Origin: Dehalococcoidales bacterium
Lineage (GTDB): Bacteria; Chloroflexota; Dehalococcoidia; Dehalococcoidales; UBA2162
Direction: 5' to 3'
Length of the DNA stretch: 56,306 nucleotides
Assembly (NCBI GenBank): GCA_037440885.1
Contig: JBBITI010000019.1
Coordinates: forward strand, 1-56,306
Below the pieces are notes generated by a model. It searched no databases, had not been told where the DNA came from, and was given only the letters and a program-made list of their open reading frames with translations. This document shows positions 10,354 through 19,934 of the stretch, in pieces. Within the stretch, counting starts at the first letter, position 1. Every line of letters begins with the position of its first letter. The position numbers and the translations under genes were made by a program.

Positions 10354-13305
10354 ATGCTTAAATGGCTAGGTAGTCTTACGGACTCCAACGAAAAACAAAT
10401 ACAGCGGCTCCGTCCGTTGATCAACGAGATAAATGAATTTGAGAACGAATTTCAGAAACTGAGTGACGACGAACTGGCCGCGAAAACCAGCGAATTCAAA
10501 GCATTCGTCCAGGATGCTTCATCGAAAAACCTTGAAGAATTGCAGGAAAACCGGCGTCAAACTGACGAGGTAAAGAGTAAGCTCAACACTAACGACGAAA
10601 TTGCACTTGAGGAGTTTAATGCCGAGATAAAGCGTCTCGAACAGGTAAAAGACCGCCTGGAAAAGGAGCAACAAGAGATTGAGAAAACAGCTCTTAATAA
10701 ATTGTTGCCCGCAGCTTTTGCAGCCGTACGGGAAGCGGCAAGACGTACTATCGGCCAACGTCATTTTGATTCGCAGTTATACGGCGGGATTGTCCTCCAC
10801 CAGGGCAAGATAGCCGAGATGAAGACCGGTGAGGGGAAAACGCTGGCCGCTACCCTGCCGTTATACCTAAATTCTTTAACCGGAAAAGGAAGTCACCTGG
10901 TTACGGTTAACGATTACCTGTCGCGGCGAGACGCCCACTGGATGGGCCCCGTTTACCATGCGCTGGGCGTGACCATCGGCGCAATCCACAGTCAGACCGC
11001 CGACTCTCATACTCCGTCCTTCGTCTATGACCCGTCATTCGAATCGACTGACCGGGCTTTCCGGCATCTTCGTCCCGTCGCCCGAAAGGAAGCCTACGAG
11101 GCCGATATAACCTACGGGACGAACAACGAGTTCGGGTTTGATTATCTCAGGGATAACATGGTTATCGAACTGGCGCAATGTGTGCAAAGGCCGCTGAATT
11201 ACGCTATCATCGATGAAGTCGACAATTTACTCATCGACGAAGCTCGAACCCCCCTGATCATATCCGGTCCTGCTTCTCGGGACGACAGCAGATTATATTC
11301 TGAAGTCGAAGCTGTTGTTTCCCGCATGAAATCCAAAGTGGTACCGCACGAACCAGTCTCACCGGAAGAAAAAGAAGAAGAAGAAACATTCGAAGAAGTT
11401 TTCGATTTTATCGCTTACGAAAAAACTCATACTGTGAAAGAAACACGGCGCGGACAAGAGATGTTAGCCAGATCTTTCCGCATGAGTGTGGACGACCTTT
11501 TCGGTGGTTGGGGGAGTGGGGTTACCCCTGAGGAAGCCAAAAGACGGAACGATATTGTTTCCATTTTTCATAAATCATTATTAGCACATGCCTGGTATCG
11601 GCGGGATCGCGAGTATATCGTTCAAGATAACGAAGTTATTATCGTGGATGAATTCACCGGTCGTCTCATGTTCGGCAGGCGTTATTCCGAAGGCTTGCAC
11701 CAGGCAATTGAAGCCAAAGAACACGTCAGAGTGCAACGCGAAAACTTCACTTATGCCACGATTACGTTCCAGAACTACTTCCGCATGTACCGGAAACTAG
11801 CCGGTATGACTGGTACTGCTCAAACCGAAGCGGAGGAGTTCCACAAGATATATAAACTGGAGGTCGTGGCAATTCCGACAAACCGTCCGATGATCCGCCA
11901 GGACTTTCCGGATCGTATCTATAAGGATGAAAAGAGTAAATTCGGGGCAGTCATCAAAGAAGTTACCGGGCTTAATGCGAAGAAAACGCCAATCCTGATA
12001 GGTACCGTTTCGATTGAAACATCCGAGATGCTGGCAGATATGTTGAAGCGCAAAGGGATTGTCGCCAGAGTCCTGAATGCTAAACCAGAAAATGCGCAGA
12101 AAGAAGCGGAAACCATCGCCCAGGCAGGCCGTCCCGGTATGGTGACCGTGGCTACGAATATGGCCGGCCGCGGTGTAGATATCGTTCTCGGCGGAAAGGA
12201 GCCGGAACGGCCGGATACAGCGGACGCCCAGGTACTGAAAGAATGGGAGAAGGCGCACGCTCTCTGGAAAACAGACCATGATTTGGTTACAAAAAACGGA
12301 GGCCTGCACATTATCGGTACCGAGCGGCATGAAGCAAGGCGTATCGATAACCAGTTGAGAGGCCGGGCTGGCCGGCAGGGGGATCCGGGTAGTTCCCGTT
12401 TCTATGTGTCACTCGATGACGATATCATGAAACGCTTCGGTGGCGACCGCATCCGCGGTCTGATGGAAATGGCCGGGATGGATGAAGACACCCCGATCGA
12501 AAACAAACTGGTTAACCGGGCAATGGAAAATGCCCAGATCCGGGTGGAAGGATATCATTTCGACGTTCGTAAACAACTTGTCGAGTTCGACGATGTCGTT
12601 AATAAACATCGCGAGCTCATATATAACGAAAGGCGGAAAATACTCGGCGGTGCTGACTTAAAGGTAAACATACTATCCATTGTTAATGATGAAATTCACG
12701 AGATCATCGCTTCCCGCAACAACCGGGGTGCAGAAACCTGGGATATAGCCGGTGCTCTTGGCGATATCAACTCCATATTACCTGTACCTCCGGAATTCAA
12801 TCCCAAAACCCTTGCTGCAATCAAACCCGAAGCACTTGAAGAAAAATTAATTGGTCTGGCTAACGAGATCTATAATCAACGAGAAGAGAAATTTACGCCA
12901 CAAAATATGCGCCTGATGGAACGTTTGGTCATGATTCGGATTATGGATTCCTTATGGATAGAGCATCTTACGCTAATGGAACAAAAACGGCAGCAAGCGG
13001 CCTGGGCGGGGTTAAAACAAACCAAACCTGTTGACGAATACAAAAGACTGGGCAGCGAACAATGGGATCAGCTAATGCGTACCATCCGGCATGATGTTGC
13101 TCATACGATTTACCACGTTGCCGTAGTGCAGGAAGGACAGCGGACAACTCCGAAACAACCGGCGACATCCCCGATGGCCCAGGTCGTCCCGGCTCGTAAC
13201 AATCCAGCTAAACCGGCAACATCCGGCGGTCGCAAAATAGGCCGGAATGATCCCTGTCCCTGCGGCAGCGGCAAGAAATATAAACACTGTCACGGGCAAT
13301 CGTAA
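10354..13305 (+). CDS. secA: Preprotein translocase ATPase SecA
   Basis: 983 aa. MKTGEGKTL Walker A, DEVDNLLIDEARTPLIISG, and TNMAGRGVDI motifs. C-terminal zinc motif CPCGSGKKYKHCHG. Confidence 0.97.
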   Translation: MLKWLGSLTDSNEKQIQRLRPLINEINEFENEFQKLSDDELAAKTSEFKAFVQDASSKNLEELQENRRQTDEVKSKLNTNDEIALEEFNAEIKRLEQVKDRLEKEQQEIEKTALNKLLPAAFAAVREAARRTIGQRHFDSQLYGGIVLHQGKIAEMKTGEGKTLAATLPLYLNSLTGKGSHLVTVNDYLSRRDAHWMGPVYHALGVTIGAIHSQTADSHTPSFVYDPSFESTDRAFRHLRPVARKEAYEADITYGTNNEFGFDYLRDNMVIELAQCVQRPLNYAIIDEVDNLLIDEARTPLIISGPASRDDSRLYSEVEAVVSRMKSKVVPHEPVSPEEKEEEETFEEVFDFIAYEKTHTVKETRRGQEMLARSFRMSVDDLFGGWGSGVTPEEAKRRNDIVSIFHKSLLAHAWYRRDREYIVQDNEVIIVDEFTGRLMFGRRYSEGLHQAIEAKEHVRVQRENFTYATITFQNYFRMYRKLAGMTGTAQTEAEEFHKIYKLEVVAIPTNRPMIRQDFPDRIYKDEKSKFGAVIKEVTGLNAKKTPILIGTVSIETSEMLADMLKRKGIVARVLNAKPENAQKEAETIAQAGRPGMVTVATNMAGRGVDIVLGGKEPERPDTADAQVLKEWEKAHALWKTDHDLVTKNGGLHIIGTERHEARRIDNQLRGRAGRQGDPGSSRFYVSLDDDIMKRFGGDRIRGLMEMAGMDEDTPIENKLVNRAMENAQIRVEGYHFDVRKQLVEFDDVVNKHRELIYNERRKILGGADLKVNILSIVNDEIHEIIASRNNRGAETWDIAGALGDINSILPVPPEFNPKTLAAIKPEALEEKLIGLANEIYNQREEKFTPQNMRLMERLVMIRIMDSLWIEHLTLMEQKRQQAAWAGLKQTKPVDEYKRLGSEQWDQLMRTIRHDVAHTIYHVAVVQEGQRTTPKQPATSPMAQVVPARNNPAKPATSGGRKIGRNDPCPCGSGKKYKHCHGQS

Positions 13306-13352
13306 TAAAGATTTTAAATATTGTCCGTTGATTATCACAGGCTGGAGGAGAT

Positions 13353-13721
13353 ATGGAATCCGTCCCGGGAGATAAATTGATCAGCGTTAGAGAAGCAGCG
13401 AAAGAATGCGGACGTAATCCGGAAACGATCCGGCGCTGGATATGGAGCGGTAAACTTCCAGCAGAGAAACTCGGTAATCAACTTTTCGTAAAAAGAGAAA
13501 ACCTGCTACGATACCTCAGCGAACTCAACAAGGAAGAAGGAGTCAATCCTTCGGGAAAACAGGAAGGTTTACAGGTCCGAATCTCCGGAGAAATCCAGAA
13601 CACGAAAAACAGGGTTGAAGCGGCGGAGAATATGCGAGTTTTACGCAACGAGATTAAGAAAATGACAGGTACCTTCGACATCGATGAATTGACAGACCAG
13701 CCACGAGGGAGTTTCAAATGA
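13353..13721 (+). CDS. HTH (excisionase/MerR-like) DNA-binding protein, putative antitoxin
   Basis: 122 aa. LISVREAAKECGRNPETIRRWIWSGKLPAEKLGNQLFV is an HTH_17-like motif. The stop overlaps the start of the downstream PIN gene (ATGA). RBS GGAGGAG. Confidence 0.65.
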   Translation: MESVPGDKLISVREAAKECGRNPETIRRWIWSGKLPAEKLGNQLFVKRENLLRYLSELNKEEGVNPSGKQEGLQVRISGEIQNTKNRVEAAENMRVLRNEIKKMTGTFDIDELTDQPRGSFK

Positions 13722-14218
13722 ATCCGAAGGTTTGTGTTGACGCCAGTATCGTGCTCAGGTGGATGCTCCCCAATCCCCAGGAACAACTCGTTGAACCGGT
13801 GCTCACATCATGGACAAACAGAGAAATGGACTTGATAGCCCCTCCAGTCCTGGATATCGAAATCTCATCTGTATTAATAAAGTTAATTGACCGTAAGAAA
13901 ATATCATCCAAACAGGGAGAAGCATTCTTCTCTTTATACCAGTCGATGGAGATCAGTATCATCAGTCCCAAAGAAATAGGAGCGCTGGTCTGGCGCATGA
14001 TCCCGGAATATGATGGCGTCAGTTTCATCGATCTGCAATATCTCGCTACTGCCGAGCTGGCAGATTGCGAATTCTGGACCGGTAAACGAAAGCTATTTCA
14101 CCATCTCAAAGATAGAAACCAGCGGGTCCGGTTCATCGGAGAACCTACGGCGGAGACGCAAGCTGAACCGCGGAAGACCGTTAAAACTGATTTCCCAGGT
14201 CTCTGGCGTGCGATTTGA
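13718..14218 (+). CDS. vapC: PIN-domain ribonuclease (VapC-like toxin)
   Basis: 166 aa. N-terminal VCVDASIVLRW (first acidic residue), DIEISSVL, and FIDLQYLATAE. Overlaps the HTH gene by 4 nt. Confidence 0.7.
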   Translation: MNPKVCVDASIVLRWMLPNPQEQLVEPVLTSWTNREMDLIAPPVLDIEISSVLIKLIDRKKISSKQGEAFFSLYQSMEISIISPKEIGALVWRMIPEYDGVSFIDLQYLATAELADCEFWTGKRKLFHHLKDRNQRVRFIGEPTAETQAEPRKTVKTDFPGLWRAI

Positions 14219-14446
14219 TACGGGTATCACGAACAAAAGACCTGCCTGCTCTTAATTCACCAATTACCCAACGAACTGGAATTACCGGTCAAACAAGGGA
14301 CTCTCCGGGAAATTCCCGGTATTGGAGAAGCTAACGATTAAAGATTATCGAACTAGTAACAACCGGCAAATTGGAGTTTACCGGGTTATCTCACGGAGAA
14401 CCCTGAAGGCTAGAGGAATAAACTAAAATTTATTTATGTAAGCGTA

Positions 14447-15199
14447 GTGATGAACAAGCCGGACTCAGACCAGAACAACACTCAGTCAGTAATCTCCGGG
14501 AAAGAAGCAGCCGTTCAGCACCTGGAGGATTCGTTGAAAAACGGCCGCAACTGGTTTGTTGCGCTACTTGAAGCGATCGGACTATGGACGAAAGCAGAAG
14601 AAACCTACAACGGCCGTAGCTACCGTTACCTGATATCAGGGGAAGCATTCGATTGGATGTTGCTCGCAGAGCGCTTGTGCGATACCGTTGGCTTTTTAAT
14701 CCCTGATACGGAAAAGGAAGCTTTTGTTTTATATGGACAACCTCCGATTAACCTTGCACCGGAGAAATTCAAGGAACTGGTAGGAACGGCAAAATACCAT
14801 CATTATCTTAATTATTTTTACGGAGTCACCACGGAAGAAGCCCTGGTACTGGCGGTTGAGGAAGAAATCTACAAAGAAAAAAGGGCCTGGGGATACGCTC
14901 GCGAAGACGAAGCCACTAACGAAGCTTACCGCCGCATCTATGGTACCACTTTCAGCATCCTGCTCCGTTGGTTCCGGACAGTAAAGAGACTGCCCAACAC
15001 GCGCTCAATCGATCTTACTGAATTAAAGGAATTCGCCTACTGGCGTTTTAAGTACCGGTTGAAAATATGCGAAAAAGCCAAAGTCGCCAGCGATTCCCGG
15101 AAAGCGGTTAGCTGGCTACGCGAACACGGCGTAACCAGCTATATCCAGCGTCATGATATCCCCGAATTCATCATCGACATCCCCGATGATGTCGGATAA
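14447..15199 (+). CDS. Hypothetical protein (no domain recognised)
   Basis: 250-aa ORF on the coding strand of this locus. Aromatic- and charge-rich soluble protein. No RBS seen. Start is GTG 14447 or ATG 14450. Confidence 0.55.
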   Translation: MMNKPDSDQNNTQSVISGKEAAVQHLEDSLKNGRNWFVALLEAIGLWTKAEETYNGRSYRYLISGEAFDWMLLAERLCDTVGFLIPDTEKEAFVLYGQPPINLAPEKFKELVGTAKYHHYLNYFYGVTTEEALVLAVEEEIYKEKRAWGYAREDEATNEAYRRIYGTTFSILLRWFRTVKRLPNTRSIDLTELKEFAYWRFKYRLKICEKAKVASDSRKAVSWLREHGVTSYIQRHDIPEFIIDIPDDVG

Positions 15200-15220
15200 C
15201 CGCGACAGAGTTTTGCCGTG

Positions 15221-15895
15221 TTATTTACAAAACTTTACCATGTCTTCGAAACGTTCTCTTCCGGAATAGACCGCATACTGCGGGTTAGCGGTATCGGGAT
15301 AACCCAGATATATTCCCAATACAAGAAGTTTGGTATCGGGGATGTCTAATATCTTGCGTACGACATCAGGATAAGGTACCGCTTGTGCCGCCGGTGTTGT
15401 CCCCAAACCATAATTTACTGCCGCCAGCATTATAGTTTGCGCCGCTATCCCGCAGTCGAATACCGAATATACGTTGAGTCCCTGGCCCTGTTGTGTATAA
15501 AATGATTTTTCCGTCAGTATATAAATAACACAAGGACAGTCGTACATCCTGGCTCCCATTAACTGGCGTTCCCTGCGTAACTCTTTATCATCCCGGATAC
15601 GGTCGGCATCCGGACCGCGCCGCATTGCGGGAAGCCGGGCATAGTAGGGATCGGGAAAGACCCTGGGGAATGCAAGGTCAGGGTTCGGATCTTCGCTTGC
15701 CTTCGTCATAAACCCCTGCCGGATTTCATCCAGTTTCTTGCCGGTGACCACAACGAATTCCCACGGCTGGGTATTTGCCCAGGAGGGCGATCTCAAAGCC
15801 AGTTCCATTATCTCCCGGATGATATTTTCCGGTACCGGATCTGGTTTGTATCCCCGATAAGTTTTACGTTTTTTGATTCCGTCAATCAAATCCAT
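15221..15895 (-). CDS. Nitroreductase family protein
   Basis: KTYRGYKPDPVPENIIREIMELALRSPSWANTQPWEFVVV is the classic nitroreductase N-terminus. Start moved to ATG 15895, which lies 9 nt after AAGGAG. The track TTG at 15904 abuts the RBS. Confidence 0.85.
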   Translation of the reverse strand: MDLIDGIKKRKTYRGYKPDPVPENIIREIMELALRSPSWANTQPWEFVVVTGKKLDEIRQGFMTKASEDPNPDLAFPRVFPDPYYARLPAMRRGPDADRIRDDKELRRERQLMGARMYDCPCVIYILTEKSFYTQQGQGLNVYSVFDCGIAAQTIMLAAVNYGLGTTPAAQAVPYPDVVRKILDIPDTKLLVLGIYLGYPDTANPQYAVYSGRERFEDMVKFCK

Positions 15896-15917
15896 GAAAC
15901 ACAACTCCTTTTATATT

Positions 15918-18587
15918 TTATGAATGCAGTCTTGTCAGTTCCTGTTTTAACCGGGTTAGTTTCACATTGATTGAAATCAACCTGGCTTTCTCTTTAGTGA
16001 CCACAGCTTCCGGGGCGCGGGTTAAGAACTGCTGATCCCGCAATCTGATCTCCAGTCGATCAGCTTCAGCCTGGTCCTGGTCGATCTCCTTTTGCAGACG
16101 CGCTCTTTCCGCTGCGATATCTACCATACTTGCCATCGGAATCACTACTTCCGCTTCCTTCAAAACGTTGACAATTACATTTTCTCCCGGTCCGGGCTGA
16201 CGACGCTGCTGAAGGAAAGTTAATGGTTTTACTCGTGCCAGCGTCTCGATAGCCTCACATTCGTTATGGACCGCCTCAGTCAGGTCTCCGGCGTAAACCT
16301 GAGCGGTAACCCATACCCCACTCGCCACATTATGTTCCGCCCTTGTATTCCTGATGGATCGCGTTATGTCAATTACGGTTTCAATGATTTTTTCCGCAGA
16401 ATCATCCAGTGCGTTACCATCCGACTCCGGATAGCTAGCGATCACGATGGACTCGATCCCCCGATTTTCATTGGCCCCGGTCCGCTTTAAGGACTGCCAG
16501 ATCTCTTCGCTGACGAAGGGCATAAAAGGATGAAGCAGTCGCAACGAAACCTCCAAGACATGGACCAATACCGGGACCGTTGCCTTGTCCAGAGATGTAT
16601 CCCGCATCCGGATTTTAGCCATTTCGATATACCAGTCGCAGTATTCTCCCCATAAGAAGTCATGAATCAGAGCCTGGCTTTCCTCGAAACGGTAGTTCGC
16701 TAGATGTTCATTTGCTCCTTTGACGGTACGGTTCAGGCGGCTGAGTATCCACCTATCTTCAACGTTCAATTTCCCACTGTCGATATCGAAATTTTTCCTT
16801 TCCGGTTCGATGCTGCGGATGACGAAACGAGCCGCGTTCCACAATTTGTTGGCAAAATTCCGCCCTGCTTCGAGCTTGGTTGTCGAAAGTCTACTATCAT
16901 TACCGGGAGCGGTACCCATCAACAGCGCAAACCGCACCGCATCTGTCCCGTATTTTTCAATTAAAGGAACCGGATCCAGAACATTACCCCGTGTTTTACT
17001 CATCTTGTCGCCTTTATCATCGCGGATAAGACCGTGCAGGTAGACCGTACGGAAGGGGATATTACCGGTATCCTCAATACCCATGATTATCATCCGGGCG
17101 ACCCAGAAGAACAGGATATCATAAGCCGTTTCCATAACCGAAGTGGGATAAAAATACCGCATATCTTCAGTATCGCCCGGCCAACCAAGAGTTGAATGCG
17201 GCCATAACGCTGAACTGAACCAGGTATCCAGAACGTCCGGATCCTGATGGATATTTTTTGACCGGCACCGCTCGCACTCGACAGGATCGGCAACCGAGAC
17301 CGTGTATTCGCCGCAGTCCTCGCAGTACCAGGCCGGTATCTGATGCCCCCACCATAATTGCCGGCTGATGCACCAGTCACGAATGTTTTCCATCCAGTTG
17401 AGATACACTTTAACAAAACGATTGGGAATGATCGTGATCCGACCGTCCTCGACTGCCCTGATAGCCGGAACAGCAAGCGGAGCCATTTTTACAAACCACT
17501 GTTTGCTGGCTAAAGGTTCCACTATGGTCCGGCAACGCTGGCAATGACCGATAGAATGCACATACGGATCAACCTTCATTAATAGACCGTCTTTTTCCAG
17601 GTCATCCAGTACTGCCTTCCTCCCTGCGAACCGTTCCATTCCCTGGTACGGACCGGTATTCTCATTCAATGTAGCGTTTGGATTCATTATGTTAACTAAT
17701 CCCAGGTCGTGACGTTGTGAAATTTCGAAGTCGACCGGATCATGCGCCGGCGTAACCTTGACAGCACCGGTACCGAAAGAAGGATCGATCGCCTCGTCCG
17801 CAATAATCGGGATAATCCGTTTTAACAGCGGCAGCACAAGCTTCTTGCCGATCGACGATGAATAACGCTCGTCGTCAGGGTTTACAGCCACTGCAGTATC
17901 GCCGAGAAGCGTTTCAGGGCGAGTGGTTGCCACGGTAATATCGCCGCTTCCGTCCAAAAAAGGATAACGAATGTAATAGAGGTTACCCTGGATATCCTGG
18001 TGTTCTGTTTCCAAATCTGACAGTGCCGTCGCACAACGCGGGCACCAGTTGATTATCCGTTCACCACGATAGATCAATCCCTTCTTGTATAAACGTACGA
18101 AGGCAGTTCTTACCGCCCGGCTCGGCCCCTCATCCATCGTGAAACGCAGGCGTGTCCAATCCATGGAGGCGCCGAGACGCCGGTGTTCTTCAATAATTTT
18201 ATTGCGATATTTATTCGCCCATTGCCAGACCCGCTCAAGAAATTTTTCTCTTCCCAATTGATGACGATCAATATTTTCCCTAGCCAGTGTCCTTTCGACT
18301 ACCACCTGGGTAGCAATGCCTGCATGATCCACCCCGGGAAGCCACAATGTCGGTTCCCCGCGCATGCGATGCCAGCGGACCATGATATCTTCGATAGTCG
18401 CCGTCAGAGCATGGCCGAGATGTAATTCACCGGTGATATTCGTCGGCGGCATGATAACGACAAATGGCTGCTTCCCCTGATCAATTGCAGGGGTGAAGAA
18501 TCCTTTTTCAACCCAGAATTGATACCATTTTTCTTCACTTTTAGCCGGATCATATACTTTGGGCATTTCGTTGATTGATTCAGACAT
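15918..18587 (-). CDS. valS: Valine--tRNA ligase
   Basis: 889 aa. HIGH motif (GELHLGHAL), KMSKTRGN, editing domain, and a C-terminal coiled coil. Confidence 0.97.
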   Translation of the reverse strand: MSESINEMPKVYDPAKSEEKWYQFWVEKGFFTPAIDQGKQPFVVIMPPTNITGELHLGHALTATIEDIMVRWHRMRGEPTLWLPGVDHAGIATQVVVERTLARENIDRHQLGREKFLERVWQWANKYRNKIIEEHRRLGASMDWTRLRFTMDEGPSRAVRTAFVRLYKKGLIYRGERIINWCPRCATALSDLETEHQDIQGNLYYIRYPFLDGSGDITVATTRPETLLGDTAVAVNPDDERYSSSIGKKLVLPLLKRIIPIIADEAIDPSFGTGAVKVTPAHDPVDFEISQRHDLGLVNIMNPNATLNENTGPYQGMERFAGRKAVLDDLEKDGLLMKVDPYVHSIGHCQRCRTIVEPLASKQWFVKMAPLAVPAIRAVEDGRITIIPNRFVKVYLNWMENIRDWCISRQLWWGHQIPAWYCEDCGEYTVSVADPVECERCRSKNIHQDPDVLDTWFSSALWPHSTLGWPGDTEDMRYFYPTSVMETAYDILFFWVARMIIMGIEDTGNIPFRTVYLHGLIRDDKGDKMSKTRGNVLDPVPLIEKYGTDAVRFALLMGTAPGNDSRLSTTKLEAGRNFANKLWNAARFVIRSIEPERKNFDIDSGKLNVEDRWILSRLNRTVKGANEHLANYRFEESQALIHDFLWGEYCDWYIEMAKIRMRDTSLDKATVPVLVHVLEVSLRLLHPFMPFVSEEIWQSLKRTGANENRGIESIVIASYPESDGNALDDSAEKIIETVIDITRSIRNTRAEHNVASGVWVTAQVYAGDLTEAVHNECEAIETLARVKPLTFLQQRRQPGPGENVIVNVLKEAEVVIPMASMVDIAAERARLQKEIDQDQAEADRLEIRLRDQQFLTRAPEAVVTKEKARLISINVKLTRLKQELTRLHS

Positions 18588-18610
18588 TTTCCGCCTTTCC
18601 CGGTCTTTCC

Positions 18611-18647
18611 ATAAAATAAAAAAATATCCAGACTATTCAGTCCTGGA
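18611..18647 (-). terminator. Candidate intrinsic terminator after coaBC
   Basis: On the minus strand: hairpin TCCAGGAC-TGAATA-GTCTGGA (18647..18627) followed by ATATTTTTTTATTTTAT. It lies 40 nt after the coaBC stop and about 23 nt before the valS start. Confidence 0.5.
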
Positions 18648-18686
18648 CCAGGGGACAGGGTCGAATGGTTATATAAAAAGCCAAAA

Positions 18687-19883
18687 TTACTTTACTCTAT
18701 CCTTGAAAAGTCGCACAACTTTATCCAGTATCTTGTCAGCGACATCTCGCTTGCTCATGAGAGGTAACTCTTCCGTATTACCTTTCATATCGATAATCGT
18801 TACCTGGTTAGTGTCGACTGCAAAACCGGATCCCGGTACCGATACATCATTCGCACAGATAAAATCAAGATGCTTTGCTGCCAATTTCCTTCGTGCGTTG
18901 GTTATCAGATCCTGGGTCTCCGCAGCAAATCCGATCTTAATTAAATTTTCCGGTAACTCTAGAAGAAAATCTTCATTTTCTACCAGTTCCAGTAATAACT
19001 TCCCGCCGGTTTTCTTGATTTTATTTACTGCAGGCTCTGCAACACGATAATCGGACACCGCAGCGGCCATAATCAGCACATCAACTGAATTGCACGCCTC
19101 CAAAACAGATTCGCGCAACTGGCCAACCGTTTCCACTTTGCGCAGATCGTTGTAGATCCCCGTTCCGGGTGGGTCAATTGTAGTAATCAAATTGACGTAT
19201 GCACCCCGATCACGGGCGGCAGCAGCCAGGGCGAACCCCATTTTCCCGGAAGATCTGTTACCGATATAGCGGACCGGGTCAATCGGTTCCCGGGTACCGC
19301 CGGCAGTTATCACGATTCGTTTTCCGGCAAGGTCACCGCTTCTTGATAAAACGCGATTGATCGCAGCGATTATGTCCGGTACCTCCGCCAGTCTTCCCTG
19401 TCCGGCACCACCCGACGCCAAGTGACCGACCCCGGGATCGACAAAAACAACGCCGCGGGCTTTTAATAGTTGCACATTTTCCTGGGTAGCTTTATTCTCC
19501 CACATTCCGGTGTGCATCGCCGGAGCAATGATGATCGGGGCTTTTGTAGCTACCACGGTAGTGCAGACCATGTCGCTGGCGATACCAGCGGCGATTTTAG
19601 CAATAATATCTGCCGTTGCCGGGGCTACTACTACAACATCCGCCGCTTCGGCTAATGCCACATGTTCGACGCTGAATTCACCACTCAGTTCAAACATGTT
19701 GTAGACCACCGGGCGTCCGGTAACTGCCCGAAAGGTCACCGGAGAAACAAACTTCATGGCGGCTTCAGTCAGTATTACTTCTACTTTGGCGCCAGCCTGG
19801 GTTAATTTACTTGCCAGGTCAGCCCCTTTGTAGGCGGCAATACTGCCCGTGATCCCAAGAACAATCGTTTTATTTGCCAGCAT
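18687..19883 (-). CDS. coaBC: Bifunctional phosphopantothenoylcysteine decarboxylase / phosphopantothenate-cysteine ligase
   Basis: N-terminal flavoprotein domain (IVLGITGSIAAYK) and C-terminal CoaB domain (ITAGGTREPIDPVRYIGNRSSGKMG). Start set to ATG 19883, 5 nt after GGAGG. The track GTG at 19889 is part of the RBS. Confidence 0.93.
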   Translation of the reverse strand: MLANKTIVLGITGSIAAYKGADLASKLTQAGAKVEVILTEAAMKFVSPVTFRAVTGRPVVYNMFELSGEFSVEHVALAEAADVVVVAPATADIIAKIAAGIASDMVCTTVVATKAPIIIAPAMHTGMWENKATQENVQLLKARGVVFVDPGVGHLASGGAGQGRLAEVPDIIAAINRVLSRSGDLAGKRIVITAGGTREPIDPVRYIGNRSSGKMGFALAAAARDRGAYVNLITTIDPPGTGIYNDLRKVETVGQLRESVLEACNSVDVLIMAAAVSDYRVAEPAVNKIKKTGGKLLLELVENEDFLLELPENLIKIGFAAETQDLITNARRKLAAKHLDFICANDVSVPGSGFAVDTNQVTIIDMKGNTEELPLMSKRDVADKILDKVVRLFKDRVK

Positions 19884-19934
19884 AACCACCTCCGGAACAT
19901 GCAGGTCTCATTAATGCTTTCCGACCGACTCGTA

